Source: Somniosus microcephalus
Taxonomy: Eukaryota
NCBI GenBank assembly: GCA_052327205.1
Contig: CM126214.1
Coordinates: forward strand, 140,554,001-140,618,000
Direction of reading: 5' to 3'
DNA length: 64,000 nucleotides
Made by a program: the position numbers and the translations under genes. Positions 26,977 through 36,446 of the stretch are shown here, piece after piece. A model generated the notes under the pieces. That model had not been told where the DNA came from. It saw only the letters and a program-made list of their open reading frames with translations, and searched no databases. Within the stretch, counting starts at the first letter, position 1. The number at the start of each line of letters is the position of its first letter.

Positions 26977-28170
26977 ATGGGGGCTGCATGGGGTTCCAAC
27001 CCTCAGTTCCAGCATTATGTGCGAAGGGCTCGCAGACGCTGTGTGAGAGGGGCAGCCATGCCTAGACGCAGAGGGGGCATCAGGCGTCGGCAATGTAGGC
27101 CTTACCCACTCAGGGAATACCGCCAGCAGGTGTCCTATCTCACCATGACTGCCGCGCAGTGTGTTAAGAGGCTGCGCTTCAGAAGGGAGGTGGTTGCAGA
27201 GATCTGCCAGCTGCTTCACAGAGATCTGCGTCCACAGCTGATGTGCAGGACGTCTCTGTCGGTGGAAGTGAAGGTCACGGTGGCTCTGAACTTTTATGCA
27301 AGCGGCTCCTTCCAAGCCGCTGCTGGGGACATAGCTAACATATCCCAGTTCGCCGTGCATCGCTGCATCCGGCAGGTCACCGATGCCCTTTTCACAAGGA
27401 GACACCAATTCATCTCCTTCCCCATGACCCTGGAGAGGCAGGAGCAGCGTGCAGTCGGATTTGTGAGGATCGCGGACTTCCCCATGGTGCAGGACGCCAT
27501 TGACTGCACGCATGTGGCTTTGCGGGCACCTATCGGCAATGCCGAGGATTACCGCAACCGGAAGGGCTACCATTCCCTCAATGTACAGCTGGTGTGTGAC
27601 AACAGGCAGCGCATCCTAGCTGTCAATGCTCGCTTTCCAGGCAGCAGCCACGATGCATTTATCCTGCGCCAGACTACTGTGGCTGACATGTTCCAGGCAC
27701 AGCCTCCCCCAAGAGGATGGCTTATCGGGGACAAAGGCTATCCTTTGTGTACATGGCTCATGACCCCGCTCCGCGCGCCCAGGACCCCTGCTGAGGAGGC
27801 ATACAACGAAAGCCATCAAGCCACAAGGAACATCATAGAGCAAACGATTGGCATCCTCAAGCAACGGTTCCACTGCCTGGATCGCTCCGGCGGATCTCTG
27901 CAGTATTCGCCGGATAGAGTCTCCCAGTTCGTCGTCGTTTGCTGCATGCTGCACAACCTGGCTATCCGCAGGACTCAGGCACTGCCACCTCACGTTGGAC
28001 CACCACCTCAGGAGGAGGAGCAGGAGGACCATGAGGAGGAGGAGGAGGAGGAGGAGGAGTACCAGCCCAGGAGGGAGCCACAAGGTCCAAGGGCCGTCCG
28101 TCGGCGGCTTATTGAACGACACTTCTCGGCCCCCTGTCAGGGAATGGCTTGTGGCAATGAAGGGACATGA
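26977..28170 (+). CDS. Harbinger (HARBI1-like) DDE transposase, 397 aa, open frame
   Basis: ATG at 26977 (MGAAW). Motifs ALNFYASGSFQ, AIDCTH, NRKGYHSLNVQLVCD, PGSSHD, GDKGY, RNIIEQTIG, CCMLHN and an acidic tail. Catalytic D-D-E are present. Confidence 0.93.
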   Translation: MGAAWGSNPQFQHYVRRARRRCVRGAAMPRRRGGIRRRQCRPYPLREYRQQVSYLTMTAAQCVKRLRFRREVVAEICQLLHRDLRPQLMCRTSLSVEVKVTVALNFYASGSFQAAAGDIANISQFAVHRCIRQVTDALFTRRHQFISFPMTLERQEQRAVGFVRIADFPMVQDAIDCTHVALRAPIGNAEDYRNRKGYHSLNVQLVCDNRQRILAVNARFPGSSHDAFILRQTTVADMFQAQPPPRGWLIGDKGYPLCTWLMTPLRAPRTPAEEAYNESHQATRNIIEQTIGILKQRFHCLDRSGGSLQYSPDRVSQFVVVCCMLHNLAIRRTQALPPHVGPPPQEEEQEDHEEEEEEEEEYQPRREPQGPRAVRRRLIERHFSAPCQGMACGNEGT

Positions 28171-28468
28171 ATGCAGCCGCTCCGCAAGCCCTCAGCCGGT
28201 TAACGCAACAACCACTTCAAACATCAAACATGGACAAGCTGAATAAAGAAAAAGCTTTATTGAACAAACTCAGGGCCCTTCCCACATGAAACCCAAAAAC
28301 AGACAACACCCCCAAAAAACAGTCAAACACATGACTCACTCCCACAACCTGGGGAGGAATAGCAAAACTTTTCCATCCAAATGGCCTTCATCCTCGGCCT
28401 TACCAAAACAACCCCCCCCCATAGACAACACAACCACCCCCATATAAAAAAACATTTGGCAACACACT

Positions 28469-31080
28469 CTACTTTGTGTGCCGAGAGGGCGAGTCCTTGT
28501 CCAGCCTTTTCCGGCCCCTGGCCGACCTGCTGCTCCGCCTCAACCTGGGCCCTGTGGGTGCTGCAAGGCTGGGGGAAGGCTCCTGAGGGGCACATTGCGT
28601 GACGGCAGATGCCCTTGGGGGTCGGCCTAGATGAGCTCTGGCCCTCGAGGGGCCGGCTGCTGACTGCTGCAGCTGTGGCTGGGCAGCATCAGTCTCTCCA
28701 GCAGCTCGTGGCAGCTTCGCTGGGGGAGTGGCAGTGGCGGCTGCAGCAATGGGGGCAAGCTGGCTGATGCCAGGCGCTCGCTGCTCGCCTGAGACCCTGG
28801 CACTCGGCCGGGCTGGCACTGCAGCAAGCGCAGCAATCTGCTGAAGGCCAGACCGCTGTGCTGCTGCAGCGCGGCGGGTGCCCTGGCGATGCCTGCCTGA
28901 CACAGCGAGTGTGGCAGCAGTGAGTGCCTGTACTGCCCTGGTCTGTGCCTGCATCAGACCAGCCAGTGACTGCACGGCACCACTGATCAACTGGCCACTC
29001 GCTGCCTGTGCTGCCCTGAAGTCGTCCCGACTCGCGTCCTGTGCTGCCCTGAATTCGGCCCGACTCGCATCCTGTGCTGCCCTCAATTCGGCCCGACTCG
29101 CGTCCTGTGCTGCCCCGAATTGTTCGAGACCCCTGGCCTGTGCTGCCCCGAGTTGTTCAAAACCCCTGGCCTGTGAGGCCCCGAAATCGGACACACTATG
29201 AGCCAGGGACTCGATGGCCTCAGGCAACCGTGCCACAACCCCCATGAACTCGGTGTGCCGGCGATCCGAGTCCGCGTACATTTGATCGAGGAGGCGCACC
29301 TCCTGGGTGAGGACCATCTCCGGACTGGAGGCCGGACTCTCCCTCTGGGGAGAAGGCCGCCGAGTTGCCCGACCCTTCCCACGTGGCTGGACGCCACTGG
29401 GCCCAGCAACTACACTCCCCTGCAACACTTCCCCCCTCTGGGGAGAAGGCAGCCGAGCTGCCCGACACTTCCCGCGTGGCTGGACGCCACTGGGCCCAGC
29501 AACTACACTCCCCTGCAACACTTCCCCCCTCTGGGGAGAAGGCAGCCGAGCTGCCCGACCCTTCCCGCGTGGCTGGACGCCACTGGGCCCAGCAACTACA
29601 CTCCCCTGCAACACTTCCCCCCTCTGGGGAGAAGGCAGCCGAGCTGCCCGACCCTTCCCGCGTGGCTGGATGCCACTGGGCCCAGCAACTACACTCCCCT
29701 GCAACACTTCCCCCCTCTGGGGAGAAGGCGGCCGAGCTGCCCGACCCTTCCCGCGTGGCTGGACGCCACTGGGCCCAGCAACTACACTCCCCTGCAACAC
29801 TTCCCCCCTCTGGGGAGAAGGCAGCCGAGCTGCCCGACCCTTCCCGCGTGGCTGGACGCCACTGGGCACAGGAGCTACACTCCCCTGCAACACTTCCCCC
29901 CTCTGGGGAGAAGGCCGCCGAGCTGCCTGACCCTTCCCGCGTGGCTGGACGCCACTGGGCACAGGAGCTACACTCCCCTGCAACACTTCCCCCCTCTGGG
30001 GAGAAGGCCGCTGAGCTGCCCGACCCTTCCCGCGTGGCTCGACGCCACTGGGCACAGGAGCTACACCCCCCTGCAACACTTCCCCCGGCTCTCCTCCAGG
30101 GAAGACATGTCCCCTCCATTGCCATCCCCTGGCGCGGATGAGGGTTCCCCCGATGGGCCGCCTTCCTCTTGCTCCTCCTCGTCCTCCTCTTCCGAGGGAC
30201 TGTCACTGGCAGCTTCAGGGACCTCCTCCTCACCAGCTGAAAGCAGGAAGGCACAAGAGTAGCTTTAGAGTGAGGACAGGGCGTCAGCGAGGGAGGCATG
30301 AGTGGTGGCATTCAGCGCATTGGTCGGACAGTGGCAAAGGATGTAGATCTGAAGCACAAGGGGAACGAGAGAGGTCCAAAAGGTCATGTCCTTACCATTG
30401 GGGCCCAGCACAGGGTCGGCATCTCCACATGCAACGGGGCCAATCAGCCGGCCACCCATGAGTCGACCCATGCGCTCCTCCAGGTCACTGAGCTGCTGGA
30501 ACTGGGGACGGCCTCCCCCGGTGACAGTCCGGCTCCTCAGATTCTGGGTCAGCTTGGCCTGCAAGAGAAAGGATGGCCTCTAAGTACAGTGTGGTGCCCT
30601 GTTGTTGTGTGCACTGCCTCCCATGGTCGAATAGCTTGGCCAGTGTGGTGCCCTGTTGCTGTATGCACTGCCTCCCATGGTCAAATAGCTTGGCCAGTGT
30701 GTCAAGTGCAGAAAGTGCAATTGATGTTCATGCCAGTGCCATAGCTGCTGGATGAGGGCTGGCCATTAGGGCTTTGAGGTCCCTTTGCCCATAATGTGAG
30801 GTGCACATGCAAGGATGAGGAGGACACTGGAAAGGGTACTCACCCTGACAATCCGAGTGAGGTCGTTAAACTTTTTCCGGCATTGGACACCAGTCCTGGG
30901 GACATTGCAGGTGGCTGTGACCCTCTGGGCGATATCCCTCCAGGCTCTCCTGTACACCCTGGTGGCAGGCTTCTTGCCACGGTCCGGGAACAAGATATGG
31001 CGTCTCCTCTCCAAAGCCCTAACCAGCACCTTTAAATCATGGGCAGAGAAGCGCTGCGCTCGCTCACGGGCCCTCTGCAT
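28469..31080 (-). CDS. H1 Myb/SANT (NAIF1/MSANTD-like) partner, 3 exons, 1-bp frameshift at ~30082-30086
   Basis: Exon 1 31080-30844 (RFS..W..IA..RT..QCRKKFNDL, GTGAGT donor), exon 2 30558-30396 (TGGG motif, GTAAGG donor), exon 3 from 30236. As written it stops at 30061 (191 aa); adding one G to the 5-G run gives 722 aa ending at 28469. Confidence 0.85.
29343..30086 (-). repeat. 93-bp coding minisatellite, 8 units of 31 aa
   Basis: Unit GEVLQGSV(APV/VAG)PSGVQPRGKGRAARLPSPQR occurs 8 times in ORF 28469-30079. Confidence 0.95.
30587..30700. repeat. ~54-bp tandem duplication in H1 Myb intron 1
   Basis: CAGTGTGGTGCCCTGTTG..GCACTGCCTCCCATGGTC.AATAGCTTGGC occurs twice. Confidence 0.85.
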
Positions 31081-31879
31081 CCTTCCTGGTGCTATTTCTC
31101 TCCAGCAGCAGTGTTTAGGCCTAGCTGGAGGGCTGCAGTATCCAGGGCGTGGCAGCAGACCAAGTCGACCCTTCCCCCTTTAAGAGCTGGCCGGCGCCAG
31201 GGTGTCTGCTGTCAATCAAGAAATGACCGCACCTGCGCTGCGCCCGGCCTCGGCGGTATCACGCTGCACCGCTGGCTTAGCACCTAAAGATAGCCGTGCA
31301 TCGCCAGTTTTAGCGCTCGAGCAAACTCCTTGGCCAAAGCTACTGAATATCGGCGAAGTGGCCTCCACTTTGCGCCGGGCGCAAACTTTAGCGGCCGCCC
31401 GACTTTACCGCCCCAAAAGTGGCTATACTGAATTTCTAGGCCCCTGTGTCTTTCAAAAGAATTGCAGCTGGAAATCTGGCCATAGAATTGTTATACCTGC
31501 CTCTAAAGGGTCACACAAAAAATCATGATTGACTCAAAATAACTATTTATCTATTAAGGTACCAATCAAATATCTGATTGACTAACCAAATATAAAAATA
31601 TCAAAAGTGGTAGAAAATATCAGCGAGGAACATACAATCAGAAAATTGAGCAATCAGTCACTCAATTCTTTTCAAAGCTACGAATTTGCAAATGAGGAAA
31701 TACCATTAAACTAACTAATCTGATTGATAAAACCATTTTTTCACAATATCTATGGCTGCCATTTTGCTTCTTCACTTAGATGAGTGTATAGAGCTAGAAA
31801 CAATGTTTAAAGCACTATAAAACATTAACAATTATCCTGAAACTGAATCAGTAAACTTATCCATAAAATTGAATCTTAA

Positions 31880-32200
31880 TATTTCCACTTGTGGGGAAGA
31901 GCATAACTAGAATATAAGATAGTCACCAAGAAATCAAATAGGGAATTCAGAAGAAACTTCTCTACCCAGAGAGTGGTGAGAATATGGACCTCGCTACCAC
32001 AGGGAGTGGTTGAAGTGAATAGTATAGATGCACTTAAGGGGAGGCTAGATAAGCATATGAGGGAGAAGGGAATAGAGGGCTATGCTGACAGGGTTAGATG
32101 AGGAAAGACGGGAGCAGGCTCGAGTGGAGCATAAACGCCGGCATGGACTGGTTGGGCCGAATGGCCTGTTTCTGTGCCATATTTCCTATGTAATCCTATG
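31880..32200 (+). repeat. CR1 3' fragment
   Basis: Encodes RRNFSTQRVVRIW; 3' UTR ends TCCTATGTAATCCTATG. Same subfamily as 48203-53572. Confidence 0.85.
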
Positions 32201-33917
32201 TTACTAATGCCTACAAGACTTTTCTGCACTTGTGTCTGAAGCCTGGGGCTTGATTTGGAAATTTCACCTCAGCCTGAGTGTTGAAACTTCTAGTTGTTAT
32301 GGACAAGCTTTTGTATTTAGGCTGCCCAAGGCTGCAGGTAGCATCAGAAACTGTGCTCCAGGCTTTGGCCTACTAGTGGCAACACCACTAGTAGGTCTAC
32401 TAGTATATTAATAAAAAATGACATTGTGAGTGAATGAAGGTGCCAGCTGGGAAATTCACACATACACTGCAAAATCCAAATGCACTGTTTACTTAAGAAA
32501 CTAATTATGGATTGAGCAATTTACACTCAACTTGACAAGACAAGTGAAAGACTGGAATCAACTTCATTTACAGAATACTGTACAGGAGTGAAAATTTATC
32601 CAGGAATTTAAAATCATTTGGTTTCTCCTGGTGTTCTGAGCAATTTGTGCATACATCTTTCTGGTAGCTGGAAGGTACGTTCTTTTTATAATTTTTTCTG
32701 TTTCGACTTTTTTTATTTAAGAACTTTCACAGCAAAATACAAATCACCTTCACACTCTGCCTCAGAAAATACCCTCTGAGGAGACCTAATGCAGGAACAG
32801 CAATTTATATAAAGTAGCAATGTGTGGAACATTGTAGATCAAGTGAAGTTGGGTCGATTACAGGGCAGTACAGCACATCCTGTAATGTACAGGTTCGTAA
32901 ATACCATGGGGCGAGTGCCAACACTCCGTAATGAGGTACAGTATTCCCAGGAGGGAGTGCTGATGAATTGCAGCATTCAATCCTGAATCAAATGCTTACT
33001 TTTTATGTATATAATTATACAATTATTCTGGATAGAAAAGGATTGAATCATAGCCACAGAGAGGGAAAAATCCAGATCGATTTTTAGAACAAATAGAACA
33101 GGACTCGCGATCTCTCCAGGTCCATTCCAATTATTTTAGCACAGAGAATGATTAGCCATATTGAAGTTAGATACTGTTAGCCTAAGGTTATCGACTACCC
33201 ATCTAATTTTTTTAATTAAAACAATTAATTTATTCAAAATAATTCTTGCAATATAAACCTTTTTTAATAAAAAATCTTTTTACACAAACTATTTCTGTTG
33301 ATGCTCCTCTTGAAGTGGCAGCTTATCAATGCAATTTAATTCTTTATTTTGCAAAACAGGCTTTAGTGCTGTTAAGCATTTAGTCTTGTCTCAACAAGTT
33401 CTTTTAGTTGTGTTCGACGGCTTGCCATTATGTGTCATTGGTACAAAGAAGGCAATGAAAGTACTAACATTGCAGTACGATACAAGGTTTGCTTGAAAGT
33501 CAATCAGGTCGAACCAAAGAAAATTGTTTTTATCCATTTCTAAAATGTAGACTGTGATCAATTATTAATTGGCATTGCAAACAATGCGTAAATTGAGTTG
33601 ACAAAATTTTTGGGAATAATGATTTCCAAAAACCCAAATGAGATGCACATGTCACTTTATATGGAAACCAAACAAATTGATAAATGTACTTTGTGGCAAT
33701 GCTGTGGGGTAGGCAGCTTCCTGAAAGATATATGTTACATGTCTACCTAGTAATAGTTTATCCATGTGTTTATGCATACCAATTAAGGCACATTAGATTG
33801 TCAAAGAGCAGTCGGCAAAAATGAAAGCAATTCAGAAGAGATCTGCAAGAACTGCCGTGACCCATTCCTCGCATCAGCAGGCATGTATTAAGACCAATAA
33901 ATAAGCTGACAGATACA

Positions 33918-34268
33918 TCAACAACAACATGTATTTATATAGCGGCTTTAACATAGTAAAACGTCCCAAGACGCTGCACAGGAGTATTGTAAAACAAAAA
34001 ATTTGACACCGAGCCACATAAGGATAAATTAGGGCAGGTGACCAAAAGTTTGGTCAAAGGGATAGGTTGTAAGGAGTGTCTTAAAGAAGGAAAGAGAGGT
34101 AGCGAAGCAGAGAGGTTTAGGCAGGGAATTCCAGAGCTTAGGGCCTAGGCAGCAGAAGGCACGGCCACCAAAGGTTGAGTGATTATAATCAGGGATGCTC
34201 AAGAGGGCAGAATTAGAGGAGCGCAGATATCTCGGGGGGTTGTGGGGCTGAAGGAGATTACAGAGATA
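33918..34268 (-). repeat. L2 3' fragment
   Basis: ORF 34029-34277 YLCNLLQP..RYLRSS..GGRAF..LWNSLP; (CAA)n tail. Confidence 0.85.
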
Positions 34269-35094
34269 AGTCTTCACAAGCTTTCATTAGAGATGCAAGA
34301 ACCTTCACATAAATTTCATAAGAAGCCGCTAAAGGAGATGTGGGGCACCAACCTATTGGGTAGGTTTTCAGCTGGCTGCTCGGGCGTAAAGCTAGCATTG
34401 CGGGTCAGCTGCAATAGAAACTGCCTGATATGTAACTCATGCTTGAATAATAATAGTTTTTAAATCTCCCACTGTGGCTTTTCCTGTAGTTGTTGGGAGA
34501 AGATGTTTAGATTTCCTATCTTGTGAATGGCAGTTTGGTGAGTCAGTAATGGTGTCCCAGTACGTTCCAATTGAACTTATTAAATTTGAGTCCTAAACAT
34601 TGACAAATTTGAATAAGTCACAGTTTTTAATTTCAATACAAGATACACAGATGTGCAAATATGTGGATTGGACCCTGGCCATCCTAGCCACAAGCGGTGG
34701 TGTTCAGTGTAGGCTTAGAAAGGGTAGCTATTTAGCAACAGTTATTAGTAGCTTAGCAATTAGAAAATATTGGCCTTGAATTCCCTTAGTAAAATTGCAA
34801 CTCTTTGGATGGTTTAGCGACATAAATTAAGGGAAATGTTCTGCCACAACCTCACCAACCAAACAGACTGTCAGTATATTGCTCCCTGCCAGTAACTTGG
34901 GCAATACCCTCTCCCCCCAACCTCATATAACTGGTGGCAGGTGCATGCAGTTTAACAAACCAGTTCTTTCCCTTTGTTTCTGCACCAGAACATCACTATA
35001 AATGTAGTATTGGGAAGGCCAGTACAGTGTCCCAGAGGTGATGGAGCTGAATGGAATCCATAGCTTTTTGAATATTGGCCCTGAATTCGCGGTC

Positions 35095-35350
35095 GGTATG
35101 AGTCATGGCAGCTTCCTGGATAGGAGGCATAGACGTACAAAATTATGCAACTGGCATCACATGTTAGCTACACATTAATTGAAAGGCACTCCTTCCAGTT
35201 TATAAAATTGAGGCATGTTCTCAAATGGGGCCATCAATGCCACATGAATAAAAACAATGATACCCTGTCCCTGGAGGAATCCTGCTTGCCTATAAAAGTT
35301 GCCCATTGAGAATATGATGAAATTAAGATGAACACAGCATCTGTAACGTT
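35095..35350 (-). pseudogene. Old Harbinger transposase relic
   Basis: Frameshifted GFLQGQGIIVFIHVALMAP and YASYPGSCHDSY, homologous to GAIDCTHVAL..PGSSHDAF. Confidence 0.7.
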
Positions 35351-35369
35351 CGTAGTACATTTTGGGAGG

Positions 35370-36088
35370 GAAGAACAAGGAATGTGAGTATACACTGAAT
35401 GGAAAGATGTTGCAGGGTATGGATGAACAGAGAGACCTAGGGAGTCAAAAACATAATTTCCTGAATGTGCAAGTGCAGATAGGTATTGCCATAAAAGGGG
35501 CAACAGCGCTTTGGGTTTTATAAATAAGGACACAAACTACAACAGTAACGAATGATTAATATACACAAAACATTGGTTAGGCCACAGTCAGAGTACTGTC
35601 TGCTGTTTTGGGCACTCCATTACAAAAAGGACATTAAAACCATAGAGAGTGTATAGCATCATTTCACAGGATGATGCCAGGGATGGGGAAATATTTCCAT
35701 TACAGCAGAGATGACTAAGAGATTTAATAGAAGATTTTTTTGTAAATTATGGATGGCTTTGCTAGAGTAAATAGGGAAAGGTTATTTCCTTTGGTTGGGT
35801 AGTCAGTGATGAGGGGGTCATCAACTTAAAATTATCATCTAGAGCGTGAAGAGAGAAGTTGGGGGAAACTTGTTACACAGAGGGTTGTTGGAGCATAGAG
35901 AGCTTTGTCACTAGAGGCAGTGATTATTGCATCTTTTAAAAGAAAATTGAATGAAGTTTTGAAGCAGAGGAAGATACCGGGCTTTGGGGAGAGCAATGGA
36001 CACTGGGATTAGTCTTGGAGTGCTGTCATAAAGAACCAGCACGGACACAAAGGGCTGAATGGCTTCCTTTTCTTCTGTAATATTCTAT
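35370..36088 (+). repeat. Old CR1 3' fragment whose tail is interrupted by H2
   Basis: Decayed RDLGV..LVRPQSEYC..FWA..TQRVV. The tail TTCTAT resumes as GTTTCTATG at 40302. Confidence 0.75.
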
Positions 36089-36446
36089 GGCCTAGAAATT
36101 GGGTATAGCCCCGCTTGAGGCGTTAGAACTGGCGATGCGCTAAGTTTATAGCCAGACGCGAGCTATCCGCGCCTGGCGTGATATTGGGTTGCATCGCCCC
36201 CAAGGGGGATTGAGGCGCTAAATCAGCCGTTGCACGGTGCTCTTAAGGCGCAAAAGGTCAGGCGCTACTCAATTTCGACGCGGACGGGCGCAGCGCAGGT
36301 GAACTCAATTACGGCAAAGCACGAGACCTGCAGGCGCCGGCCGGCTCTTAAAGGGGTGGGTCAGTCAGACTGAGCTTCAACACCCAACGCCCTGAAGGCC
36401 TCAGATTCGGCGCTCACCCTTGTCTGGCGGTACAAAGTTGTTCATT

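Larger units (their letters stand above)
26477..31442 (+). mobile_element. Near-intact two-gene PIF/Harbinger transposon H1
   Basis: Perfect 16-bp TIR GGCCTAGAAATTCAGT / ACTGAATTTCTAGGCC, TSD CCT (26474-26476, 31443-31445), convergent transposase and Myb genes, CpG-rich subterminal TTAGCG(C/G) repeats. Confidence 0.96.

Noticed and set aside
29343-30086. Regular array resembling CRISPR
   Set aside because: Units are near-identical along their full 93 bp with no unique spacers, there are no cas genes, and the context is vertebrate. It is a coding minisatellite.
30075-30095. Programmed -1 ribosomal frameshift in the H1 Myb gene
   Set aside because: CGG GGG AAG does not fit the X XXY YYZ slippery pattern; a 1-bp homopolymer indel is simpler.
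29198-30311. Several long overlapping ORFs on both strands
   Set aside because: By-product of a GC-rich repeat whose length is a multiple of 3. Only the 28469-30079 frame is homologous to the H2 partner.
26977-31080. Domesticated host genes HARBI1 / NAIF1 / MSANTD
   Set aside because: The genes are bounded by perfect TIRs and a TSD, and related copies occur in the window, so they are transposon genes.
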